Below are positions 1-7,652 of a stretch of 57,716 nt of DNA, one piece after another (the stretch's first letter is position 1; every line of letters begins with the position of its first letter). The DNA is taken from IMG/VR virus record IMGVR_UViG_3300050501_000396, one strand, 5' to 3'. This stretch comes from a virus. A program made the translations under genes and the position numbers. Below the pieces are notes generated by a model. The model had not been told where the DNA came from. It saw nothing but the letters and a program-made list of their open reading frames with translations, and did not search any database.

Positions 1-127
1 GAGCGGTGTCCGGGGCGGTGCGACGTGATGGGGTGCGACGAGATGGCGGTGGGGGAGACGGAGGGCGGGGACTCGTACTGCGCGCGGCACCTGGCCGAGC
101 GACAGCCGAGGTGCCGATGAGCTGGGG
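1..127. repeat. 127-bp terminal direct repeat, copy 1 (identical to 57590..57716)
   Basis: nt 1-127 are letter-for-letter identical to the last 127 nt; ORFs continue across the junction. Confidence 0.95.
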
Positions 128-476
128 GAACCGAGTGACGGGCGCGCTCACGCCGGCCTGTGGCTGCCCCTCGGAGGACTGGACGCCGCCAGGCGGGCCG
201 GTTCGTGTGGGCGGCTACGAGTACTTGGGCGGGCGGTACAGTTGCAGGAACCACCCCGCCACGATCGCCGTGGATGGCGTCGACAACGAGCAACTGCGAG
301 AGGAACTGGCCATCGAGCGCCACCTGCACGTGACCGTGACCGGGAAGAACATCGACCTGCACGGGCGTGTGCTCGAGCTCGAGGCGGTGCTGCAGCAGGT
401 GGTGACGTCGCTCGAGCGGGGTGACGTCCAGATCGCGAAGCAGTTGGCCGAGGCCGCCCTCGGCCCTAACGTCTAG
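117..476 (+). CDS. hypothetical protein (119 aa)
   Basis: Sub-ORF of 6..476; its ATG overlaps the stop of the RHH gene (ATGA) once the circle is closed; no domain recognised. Confidence 0.6.
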   Translation: MSWGNRVTGALTPACGCPSEDWTPPGGPVRVGGYEYLGGRYSCRNHPATIAVDGVDNEQLREELAIERHLHVTVTGKNIDLHGRVLELEAVLQQVVTSLERGDVQIAKQLAEAALGPNV

Positions 477-571
477 CCCCCGTACCACCACAGGTACCCA
501 AGGATCACCAGGCCAACGATGAGCAGGACGCTGGCCAGGGCCCTGAGCGTCTCGAGGGCGACGTCCCTCAC
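473..571 (-). CDS. small single-pass membrane protein (32 aa), possible lysis-cassette component
   Basis: Below the track cutoff; GTG at 571; VRDVALETLRALASVLLIVGLVILGYLWWYGG; starts 3 nt after the stop of 575..793; its stop shares CTAG with the convergent + gene. Confidence 0.3.
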   Translation of the reverse strand: MRDVALETLRALASVLLIVGLVILGYLWWYGG

Positions 572-574
572 GGC

Positions 575-793
575 TCACCCCGCCGGCGTGATGTCGAGGT
601 AGTACTCTCGGCCGAGCTCGAGCTGGTCGGCCGAGGCCTTGTTGACCGTGTAGAAGGTCAGCTGACCGGCCGGCGTCCACCTGAAGAACGATTCGTTCTC
701 GGGGCTGCCGCTTGTTACCGCGCGCATCGTGATGTTGAACTGCTCCCCGTTGGGCTCGACATTCTCGACCTTGAACTTGCAGCGAACGCTCAT
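575..793 (-). CDS. hypothetical protein (72 aa), last gene of the lysis region
   Basis: Track ORF; ATGA overlap with the o-spanin stop; soluble, no motif recognised. Confidence 0.6.
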   Translation of the reverse strand: MSVRCKFKVENVEPNGEQFNITMRAVTSGSPENESFFRWTPAGQLTFYTVNKASADQLELGREYYLDITPAG

Positions 794-1191
794 TGATTTG
801 CTCCTTCACCTTGGGGCGTAGCAGAGCCGTTTCTTGCACCGCTTGGAGCGGCACCAGACGAACCGTTGGCGCCCGACCCGGACGGTGCTCCGGCAGGCTG
901 GACAGAGCCACACCTCGCCTGGACTTCCTCGCGCCACGCCTTCGCGGCGTTGAGGTTCTTGGTGAGCGTCTGCGTCGCGACGAGATCCAGGCACACGATG
1001 TGCGGGGCGAGGCACGTGCTACCTGGATCCCCCACGTACTCCGCCCGGATCGGCAGGAACTCCGGCTCCGGCGGCAGCACGCACGCCGCTGGCTGCGGGC
1101 TGGGCGACGGCAGGGCCAGCGGGGGCGGCTTGTGGGCCACCGAGCAGGCGACGAGCGCGGTCAGCAACAGCAGTGGGCTCCAGATTTTCAT
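790..1191 (-). CDS. outer-membrane lipoprotein spanin (o-spanin-like)
   Basis: Signal peptide with lipobox LVAC, then a Pro-rich mature N-terminus; starts inside the i-spanin gene in another frame and extends past it (overlapped Rz/Rz1 architecture). Confidence 0.6.
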   Translation of the reverse strand: MKIWSPLLLLTALVACSVAHKPPPLALPSPSPQPAACVLPPEPEFLPIRAEYVGDPGSTCLAPHIVCLDLVATQTLTKNLNAAKAWREEVQARCGSVQPAGAPSGSGANGSSGAAPSGARNGSATPQGEGANQ

Positions 1192-1447
1192 CGAGTACTC
1201 CTTCGAGGCGCGCGATCTCCTCGGCCTTCAGCGCGATGATCTTCTCCAGGCGGATGCTGGTCTCGATGTGGGCTGAAGCCTCGCGTCCGAGGTCGCGCAC
1301 CGTGTCGGCGTGCAGCTGGCGGGCGCGCTTCAGCTCGACGTCCAGCCGGCCCGTGGTGACCTTCGCGGCGGCGTAGGCCAGCGCCAGCCCCACGGCGAGG
1401 CAGGCCATGGCGGCGATGATGAGAGCGAGGCCGACGGCGGCGGTCAC
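1019..1447 (-). CDS. inner-membrane spanin (i-spanin-like)
   Basis: GTG start; N-terminal TM helix (AVGLALIIAAMACLAVGLALAYAAA) followed by a coiled-coil-like region; embeds the start of the lipoprotein gene. Confidence 0.6.
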   Translation of the reverse strand: MTAAVGLALIIAAMACLAVGLALAYAAAKVTTGRLDVELKRARQLHADTVRDLGREASAHIETSIRLEKIIALKAEEIARLEGVLDENLEPTAVADRARRLLGGPQAAPAGPAVAQPAASGVRAAAGAGVPADPGGVRGGSR

Positions 1448-1530
1448 TCGAGCACTTGCTCCCAGTCTTCCGCAACCTTGGACCAGAATAGTTCTGGCGT
1501 CATCGGCCGGCCGCTAGGCTTGCCCTTCAT
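1444..1530 (-). CDS. tiny coupled ORF (28 aa), doubtful
   Basis: ATGA overlap with the metzincin stop and GTGA overlap with the i-spanin start; MKGKPSGRPMTPELFWSKVAEDWEQVLE; no TM segment. Confidence 0.2.
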   Translation of the reverse strand: MKGKPSGRPMTPELFWSKVAEDWEQVLE

Positions 1531-2123
1531 GGCGCCTCCACCCGCGACACGACCGCACCCCGTGGCGGGTGTAGCGCGCGCGCCAGGCGGGCATCTCCTT
1601 CGGTGATCCGGTAGAAGCCCTCGGTATCCCAGTTCCCCATCAGAGACTTCTTCATGCTCCGGCGCATGATGCTGGTGTCGTTGGTACTGTGGCCCAGACC
1701 GAGGGCATGGCCGAGCTCGTGGGTCGCGTTGTGGTAGACGGCTACGATGTCGATCGGCTCGAGCGTGACCACCGTGGATGGACGACCATTCTCACACTCG
1801 CTCGCTGCCAGGCCGGTAGCCCTGTCTCCATGGTCGTCATCGGACACGTCGCCTGTGACCATGAGCACGTCGCTAGGCTTCTCCGCATCCTCGTGCCAAA
1901 CGAAGGCGTCGCGACCCATGGCGTAGTTCCAGTCGCTCATCGCTCGAGCTACCTGGCGGCGGTACCCCTCCGCGCTCTTGTCGATGTCGACGGTGATGGG
2001 CAGGTCGCCCCATGACGTGCAGACGTCGGGCCCCGCCGGGGGCGCGAGCACTCGAGGGATGGGGACGGCGCAAGCCGCAAGGAGGCTGAACGCCACGAGG
2101 GCGCCGAGAAACCGTCGGGTCAT
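1527..2123 (-). CDS. secreted lipoprotein zinc metalloprotease, metzincin (matrixin/serralysin-like M10) fold
   Basis: Lipobox LLAAC; HELGHALGLGHS (HExxHxxGxxH) followed by a SIM Met-turn; sits where an endolysin is expected. Confidence 0.75.
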   Translation of the reverse strand: MTRRFLGALVAFSLLAACAVPIPRVLAPPAGPDVCTSWGDLPITVDIDKSAEGYRRQVARAMSDWNYAMGRDAFVWHEDAEKPSDVLMVTGDVSDDDHGDRATGLAASECENGRPSTVVTLEPIDIVAVYHNATHELGHALGLGHSTNDTSIMRRSMKKSLMGNWDTEGFYRITEGDARLARALHPPRGAVVSRVEAP

Positions 2124-2491
2124 GGGGTCGTTCCTTCCGTGGGAGCTGGCGCGGGCGCCACTTGGCGGGCGCCGGTCACACGCGCAATCTCGAGAAGCTG
2201 CTCGTGGATGAGCTCGAGACGATCCTCCAGCTTGTCGAGTGAGCGCTCGACGACGCCAGTGCGCGTCTCCAGGACCCGCACGTCTGAGCGGAGCGCGCCC
2301 ATCGGCGCCCTCACCTGCTCGACGTCGGCCCGCGTGGCGTGCTGTGAGCTCCAGAGCGCTGCGGAGGCGCCGATCGCGAGCAGCGCGGCGGCGGCGCCGG
2401 CGAAGCCCTTCAGCCAGCCGAGGCGCTTGTGGCCCACCTCGAGCCGGTCTTCCAGTGGGCCCGGCGAGAACACGTGGCGCGGCTGCGTCAT
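2120..2491 (-). CDS. type-II membrane protein with periplasmic coiled coil (second i-spanin-like or holin-like protein)
   Basis: One TM helix (GFAGAAAALLAIGASAALW), then heptad-like LDKLEDRLELIHEQLLEI; ATGA overlap with the metzincin gene. Confidence 0.6.
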   Translation of the reverse strand: MTQPRHVFSPGPLEDRLEVGHKRLGWLKGFAGAAAALLAIGASAALWSSQHATRADVEQVRAPMGALRSDVRVLETRTGVVERSLDKLEDRLELIHEQLLEIARVTGARQVAPAPAPTEGTTP

Positions 2492-2501
2492 GGACCAGTC
2501 T

Positions 2502-2519
2502 TAGGTCGCGACCCTGCCG
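2502..2519 (-). promoter_or_regulatory. late intergenic motif copy M1
   Basis: Minus-sense CGGCAGGGTCGCGACCTA; GG lies 27 nt before ATG 2491; no SD. Confidence 0.6.
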
Positions 2520-2528
2520 CAGGGCGCG

Positions 2529-4217
2529 CTACCAGCCGATCGCCGCGCGCAGGCCTTCGGCGAGCGAGGCGTGGCCGTTCTCGTTGGGATGGACGGTATC
2601 GAAGTAGAGGTTGTTGGCGCCCGTCGAGTACGGCGTGATCAGCGTGGTCCCGTCGATGAGCGTCGCCCACGCGCGCGTCGACACCAGCGTCCCGATCTGC
2701 GTGCGGTAGGCGGCCAGCGTGTCACCGAGGCCGTTCGCGACTTCGCTCGAGCGCAGGAGCGGGGTCACGATCCAGATGCGCGCGCCGGGGTGCGCCGCGT
2801 GCCAGTCGTCCATCAGATTGCCGTACGAGGTCGAGAAGTTGGCCAGCGTCCACGACGCGCCGTTGTAGTCGTTGGTCCCGATGATGCTCACGATGTCCGT
2901 GAGCCGGATCCCCATCGAGCGGCGCACGAACGCGAGCCGCTTGGTCGCATCATCGGTCATCGAGCCGACGGTGCCAGCGCCGCAGTCCTCGGCCAGTTGG
3001 CGCCCGCTGTGCGCCTCGCAGATGATGCCGCCAGGGAACGACTGCCGCATCACCGGCACGACGCCGCCGAGCAACGCATCGGTGCAGCCATGGCCGGCGG
3101 AGATCGAGTCGCCGTAGACCATCATCTGCCGGCCGCGGTTCTCCATCGGCGGCAAGACCTCGAGGTACACGTCCGATGGGACGTAGAGCGCGTTGATGGC
3201 GGACCCGACGATGACGGGCGCCGGGATCGTGCCCGAGTTGTCTTTCAGCGGCGCATAGATCTCGACCGTCTTGACGCCGGGCGGCAAAGTGAAGGTCGTG
3301 ATGTTGTAGCTGTTCAGCGCGCCGACGAGCGGGATCACGCCGATCGCCTTGCCGTCGACGTAGACTCCTGGGTGCGCGTTCGCGCTCAAGAACTGCCGCA
3401 GATAGTCGACTGCGATCACCGTCGAGTTCGTCCGGAACACCAGGCGCGCGCCAGCGCTCGAGTCGTTCTTGCGCGACGTCGCGCCGAAGCGCAGGTTGTC
3501 GTGCCACATGCCCGAGTGGACGACGACGCGGGCGAAGCTCGCGTTGAACGGTGCGGCCAGGCTGCCGAGCGGAATCAGGCGCACGCGGGTGACCAGCGCC
3601 GTCGCCTGGCTGGTGGTGCCCTTGCCCGTGTTGTGGACGTGGATCTGGCAGCGATACTCGGTGCCGGCGACGACCGCGCCGACGCAGGTGAAGCGCTGCA
3701 CCGCCGTCGTGAGCACGCAGACGGTCTCCGAGATCACGGTCGTTCCGTCGACCTGGTAGAGGCCGATCACGATCGTCTGGTTGGTGAACGTGGCCGGCAG
3801 CTTCGCGTCCACTTGGAGTTCAACCTGGGTCGCACCCACCGGTGCCACGAACTGGTGCGCAATCCGACCACTCGCCGGTGCGGCCTGGTTGCGGTTGAGT
3901 CGCACCGCGTCCGCGCGCGTGGCCCCGTCGAGGTCGACATAGCTCTCGCGGCTGGGCGTCTTCTTCGGCGCGTTGGACGAGTCGATGACGTCCCACTGCT
4001 TCGCGTAGACATCGCCCAACAGGATTGTGTTCAGCTCGATCATGACGTCGTCTCCTGGAATCGGTGCGGGTGCTGGCGTCGCCACGAAGTTGCCGCCGCT
4101 CTGCAGGGCACGCGGAGCCCCGGGCGGGCGACCTACGAACACGCCTCCGCCAGTGGGCTGGGCATCCGAGCCTGAACCTGAACCTGAACCTGAACCGCGC
4201 TTGCTGCTGAAGCCCAT
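2529..4217 (-). CDS. tail fibre/spike protein with C-terminal SGNH (GDSL) esterase domain
   Basis: 562 aa; N-terminal (GS)n linker; C-terminal blocks VYGDSISAG, GTNDY and DTVHPNENGH (DxxH). Confidence 0.75.
   Translation of the reverse strand: MGFSSKRGSGSGSGSGSDAQPTGGGVFVGRPPGAPRALQSGGNFVATPAPAPIPGDDVMIELNTILLGDVYAKQWDVIDSSNAPKKTPSRESYVDLDGATRADAVRLNRNQAAPASGRIAHQFVAPVGATQVELQVDAKLPATFTNQTIVIGLYQVDGTTVISETVCVLTTAVQRFTCVGAVVAGTEYRCQIHVHNTGKGTTSQATALVTRVRLIPLGSLAAPFNASFARVVVHSGMWHDNLRFGATSRKNDSSAGARLVFRTNSTVIAVDYLRQFLSANAHPGVYVDGKAIGVIPLVGALNSYNITTFTLPPGVKTVEIYAPLKDNSGTIPAPVIVGSAINALYVPSDVYLEVLPPMENRGRQMMVYGDSISAGHGCTDALLGGVVPVMRQSFPGGIICEAHSGRQLAEDCGAGTVGSMTDDATKRLAFVRRSMGIRLTDIVSIIGTNDYNGASWTLANFSTSYGNLMDDWHAAHPGARIWIVTPLLRSSEVANGLGDTLAAYRTQIGTLVSTRAWATLIDGTTLITPYSTGANNLYFDTVHPNENGHASLAEGLRAAIGW
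4171..4200 (-). repeat. perfect hexanucleotide tandem repeat (CCTGAA)x5 encoding the (GS)n linker
   Basis: Five identical units read directly; lies in codons 8-17 of the fibre gene. Confidence 0.9.
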
Positions 4218-4231
4218 GGGAGCGGTCCTCG

Positions 4232-4699
4232 CTACGGGATCTGGCTGTTAGGCGTGAGCGGGCGCAGGGCCTCGAGCCGGCCCAGCGCGCGCGTCTCGAC
4301 GCGGTTGTCCGCGTACTTCACGCGGATGTCGTAGAGCTCGGCGCCCGGCGATTCGGCCAGCTCCACCAGGAGCGCCTCGTCACCCGGGCGGAAGCGGACG
4401 GTGAACTTGCCGTCGGTCGGTGTCGCCGAGAGCACGATCTGCTTCGTCCCCGGGGCCTCGCCGGCGATGTCCGTCACCGTGTCGCGGTCGAAGAACGCCT
4501 GCACGTCAGAGGCGGACCGCTTGACGGTCATGGCCACGCGCGCGCCGGTGAGATCCACGGCCACGCCAGCGGCGTCGACCACGCGGAATTCCTGCGACCA
4601 GGAGTCCCCGGCCACGAGCGGCATAGAGCCAATGCTCGTCAGGTACGCCTCGGTCAGGTTGATCTGGCGCCCGGTGGGCGAGAGGTCAATGGTTGCCAC
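4232..4699 (-). CDS. hypothetical tail/fibre-associated protein (155 aa)
   Basis: Track ORF 4232..4747 trimmed to GTG 4699 (VATIDLSPTGRQ...), which lies 28 nt after motif M2, as for other late genes. Confidence 0.55.
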   Translation of the reverse strand: MATIDLSPTGRQINLTEAYLTSIGSMPLVAGDSWSQEFRVVDAAGVAVDLTGARVAMTVKRSASDVQAFFDRDTVTDIAGEAPGTKQIVLSATPTDGKFTVRFRPGDEALLVELAESPGAELYDIRVKYADNRVETRALGRLEALRPLTPNSQIP

Positions 4700-4710
4700 G
4701 AGGAGCAGGC

Positions 4711-4728
4711 TGCGCTGGCACCCTGCCG
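4711..4728 (-). promoter_or_regulatory. late intergenic motif copy M2 (variant)
   Basis: CGGCAGGGTGCCAGCGCA; 28 nt from GG to GTG 4699. Confidence 0.5.
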
Positions 4729-4758
4729 CCAACTGAGCCGGGAGCACAAACGTTCACC

Positions 4759-4787
4759 TTGTCCGGATCCCGTGAGCGCCTTAGTCT
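4759..4787 (+). promoter_or_regulatory. sigma70-like promoter of the lipoprotein moron
   Basis: TTGTCC-17 nt-TAGTCT, then 9 nt to ATG 4797 (near-leaderless). Confidence 0.4.
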
Positions 4788-4796
4788 GGATGGAAC

Positions 4797-5105
4797 ATGA
4801 AAACTCTTGCGCTGGTGCTCCTCGCTCTCGTCCTCATGGGCTGCTCCGAAGAGACCGCCTCGACAGTGTCGCCCAGCGAGCAGCGCTGCGCCGCGATCGC
4901 CGAGTGGCAGTGCCGCTGCGACGCCGGCGCGGACGCCAAGCGCGCCGCCCAGTGCATCGACTACACCGTGTCGCTGTGCCTGGACTACCCGAACTTGCAG
5001 GAATGGTCCGCGTCGTGCGAGAGCGCACTGGCCGAGCTGGCATGTCCGCTGAACGGCCCCATCCCCGAGGTCTGCTCGTACGCGACCGGCGATCCGACTA
5101 ACTAG
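4797..5105 (+). CDS. Cys-rich secreted lipoprotein (moron on the opposite strand)
   Basis: MKTLALVLLALVLMGC lipobox; 8 further Cys residues; the only + strand gene inside the tail module. Confidence 0.7.
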   Translation: MKTLALVLLALVLMGCSEETASTVSPSEQRCAAIAEWQCRCDAGADAKRAAQCIDYTVSLCLDYPNLQEWSASCESALAELACPLNGPIPEVCSYATGDPTN

Positions 5106-6220
5106 ACCCCCGCGAGCTCCCAGCGGACAAAGCGGATGATCTGGTTGGCCGCGCCCGAGGTGATCTTCAGGCCGATGGTCTCGGCGTCTTGGGCGCCTCC
5201 GTTGGCCTCAAGTTGCACGCCACCACGGCGCCCGTTCATCCAGAACGCCTCCGTGGCAGAGCCCAGATAGCCCGATGCCGTGCCCGTGGCGAGCACTGTA
5301 TCCGTATCTCCTCCGGCGGTGGCGGCATGGAAGCGCCGAATGACCTCGACCGTCGCTGGCGTCGTCAAGCTGAGGTCGCCCACGATTCGGGCGCGCAGTA
5401 GCCGAGCATTGAAGAACCCGTGGGCTGGCGGGAAGATGCGCACCACTTGGCTAGCGGCCGAGGACTGGAGGCCGCCGGACGTGATCGCCGTCGCCCAGCC
5501 GGACTCGACGTTGACGCCGCCCCCGTTGCCGAACGTGTAGGTGTTCTGCACGATCGAGTTGGCGGGCATGCGGTAGTCGCGGCCGTTCGTGAGCCAGTCG
5601 TGCGTGGTGTTGTGGGTCGCCGGCACCAGGATGCCGGCGAGCTTCACGAACCCGGCCGGGACTGCCGGCTCAGTCGGCGACGCCGCCGGCGTGCCCGCCA
5701 CGAGCTGCGCGGACATCTTGACTTTGCGCTTCTTGGCAAACGTCTGCGAGCTCAGGAGCCCCGTCGTGGCATCCTTGAAATCGCGAGTGACGTTGTCCGC
5801 CGCGTCCGCTGCTTCGTGCTCAAGCTTGATGCAGACGAGATCGATGCGCGGGTTCGTCGCGTCACCGATGGCCGTGGTGAAGTCGATCTCCTGCGTGTTC
5901 AGATAGTAGGTCAAGAACAGCGGATCGGTGCCATCCGGGACGCCCGCGTTCAAGCACTGCCCGATCAGGCCGCGGGCGCTCACGAGTTGCCGCGCCGAGG
6001 CACCCGGCTCGATGTAGCCTCCGCCCCCGAGCGCGAAGCATAGGGTCTCGCCAGGACGGACACCTGTGCGCTCGCCCACGCCGGCGACGCCGTTCCTGAT
6101 GCGCAAGGACACAGCCAGGTCCCAGAGCTGAGCGCGCAGGTGACGCTGCAGGTTGTTCAGATCGGCGGGATCGAGTCCCTCACCGTCGAAGAACTGAACC
6201 TCTCTCACTTCGTTGGCCAT
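5102..6220 (-). CDS. tail fibre/baseplate-distal protein (372 aa)
   Basis: Track ORF trimmed to ATG 6220 (MANEVREVQFFDGEG...), 30 nt after motif M3; placed between the gpI-like gene and the fibres. Confidence 0.55.
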   Translation of the reverse strand: MANEVREVQFFDGEGLDPADLNNLQRHLRAQLWDLAVSLRIRNGVAGVGERTGVRPGETLCFALGGGGYIEPGASARQLVSARGLIGQCLNAGVPDGTDPLFLTYYLNTQEIDFTTAIGDATNPRIDLVCIKLEHEAADAADNVTRDFKDATTGLLSSQTFAKKRKVKMSAQLVAGTPAASPTEPAVPAGFVKLAGILVPATHNTTHDWLTNGRDYRMPANSIVQNTYTFGNGGGVNVESGWATAITSGGLQSSAASQVVRIFPPAHGFFNARLLRARIVGDLSLTTPATVEVIRRFHAATAGGDTDTVLATGTASGYLGSATEAFWMNGRRGGVQLEANGGAQDAETIGLKITSGAANQIIRFVRWELAGV

Positions 6221-6233
6221 GTCCTGGCCACCC

Positions 6234-6251
6234 TGCGTCGAGACCCTGCCG
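6234..6251 (-). promoter_or_regulatory. late intergenic motif copy M3
   Basis: TAG-CGGCAGGGTCTCGACGCA; 30 nt to ATG 6220; no SD. Confidence 0.6.
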
Positions 6252-7106
6252 CTACGCGACCAGTCGGCGCTCGGTGTAATGCAGAATTCCTGCAGCCTTG
6301 CGCTGCCGCAGCGCCTCGTGGATGGCCAAGCGCAGAGCCTCGGTGGTCCCAAACGGTGTGATCGCGACCATCGCCGCTGGTTGACCCGGCCCGCTCATTC
6401 GGTAGCCCCGGCCGAAATAGGCGTCCTTCCGGTTGTGCAGCGCCCCGTTGACCTTCCAGGTGCCGCCGTAGGTCTCAGCGATGCCGGAGGCGTTCGTGTA
6501 CTTCACGCCCGTGTTGCCCGTGAAGCCCGTGATCGTGAAGTCGCCGTTGTTGGCTCCCGAGGTCGCCCCGGCGATGGTGAGGATCTTCCCCTGCATCCAC
6601 GCCGCCCACGGCGCCGCCGCGAGCGTGAGCGTCATCGTCGTTCCGACCTTGGTGAAGGCGTCGGCGCCGGCGCCCGTGCCGGTGGACTGCTGGCGGGTGA
6701 GGAACCACGCGCGATCCCTGCGCAGCTCGACCAAGCCGAAGTCGTTGGAACTCACGCCGCCGGCATCGAGCATCGCGTCGATGAGCGCGAGCAGCGCCGG
6801 CCGCGTCAGCATGTCCGTGAATGTCCGCAGGCGCTGGCGCAGCGCGGCGTCCGTTTCGGCGTTGGCGCGTGACGTGTCACGATCGCGCGCGTGCTGGCCG
6901 AGCCAATCGGGCTCCAGCCCCGTCGCGCCGACGGCCGTCAGGATCCCGCCCTGGGCTCTCCAAAAGTCGACTTGGGTCTGGACGCGCGCGAAAATCTTTA
7001 CGAGAGCCCCCATTTCCTCTTCAGCGCGGGCGCGCTCGAAGAGCCAACTGGGCAGGCTGCCCCGGATCCAGTCATAGATCGCTGTCTCTTCGGCAGTGAA
7101 CGGCAT
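6252..7106 (-). CDS. baseplate protein (P2 gpI / Mu gp48-like by position)
   Basis: 284 aa, downstream of the J-like gene in the baseplate block; family name assigned from synteny only. Confidence 0.45.
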   Translation of the reverse strand: MPFTAEETAIYDWIRGSLPSWLFERARAEEEMGALVKIFARVQTQVDFWRAQGGILTAVGATGLEPDWLGQHARDRDTSRANAETDAALRQRLRTFTDMLTRPALLALIDAMLDAGGVSSNDFGLVELRRDRAWFLTRQQSTGTGAGADAFTKVGTTMTLTLAAAPWAAWMQGKILTIAGATSGANNGDFTITGFTGNTGVKYTNASGIAETYGGTWKVNGALHNRKDAYFGRGYRMSGPGQPAAMVAITPFGTTEALRLAIHEALRQRKAAGILHYTERRLVA

Positions 7107-7649
7107 CTAGATGTGTCTCCACCACTCGCGGCGCACGATGAATCCGATGTTCCCCTGACTAACGCCGAAGGCGCGAGCCAGGCTCCGCTGGGACTCGCCA
7201 CGCGCGGCGCGCGCGCGAATCTCGACGACCTCGTCCGCGGTCAGCCGCGCAGTGCCTACGCGCTCACCACGTGCCAGCTTCTCCGGGTGCAGGCGCGATC
7301 CGTGCCGCTCCCCGCTTGCAGTCCGGCGACGATCGATGATCCGAGCGCCGGTCGCCTGCCGTCCCTTGGCCACCATGTCGGCATGGTTGTCCGCCTGCGT
7401 GCCGAGAAAGAGGTGATCGGGCCGTACACACCGTGGGTTGTCGCACCTGTGCAAGACATCAAGTTGAGGTGGCGGCTCTATACCACGCGAGAGTTGCCAG
7501 GAGACGCGATGGGCACCTGTATCGCCCATGCCCCTGGGACCGAGGGCGATCCGGCCATAGCCACGCCGCCGTCCAGCCCGCCACTCCCAGCAGGCGTTGC
7601 CGTCGGCCTTCGTCACCTTCGGCCAGAAGCGTTCTTCAATTGCGCGCAT
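7107..7649 (-). CDS. HNH homing endonuclease with C-terminal HTH
   Basis: AHRVSW...HRCDNPRCVRPDHLFLGTQADN (HNH_3-type); 0-nt and 3-nt gaps to the flanking baseplate genes. Confidence 0.8.
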   Translation of the reverse strand: MRAIEERFWPKVTKADGNACWEWRAGRRRGYGRIALGPRGMGDTGAHRVSWQLSRGIEPPPQLDVLHRCDNPRCVRPDHLFLGTQADNHADMVAKGRQATGARIIDRRRTASGERHGSRLHPEKLARGERVGTARLTADEVVEIRARAARGESQRSLARAFGVSQGNIGFIVRREWWRHI

Positions 7650-7652
7650 CGT

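Noticed and set aside
1-127. A biological direct terminal repeat of the virion DNA.
   Set aside because: The length equals a standard assembler k-mer, and genes read continuously through the joined ends. Reads would be needed to show a true DTR.
473-476. Shared CTAG stop overlap at both convergent gene junctions (473..476 and 5102..5105) as a functional signal.
   Set aside because: Two occurrences of a palindromic 4-mer that happens to encode TAG on both strands are most simply explained by genome compaction. It is noted but not pursued.
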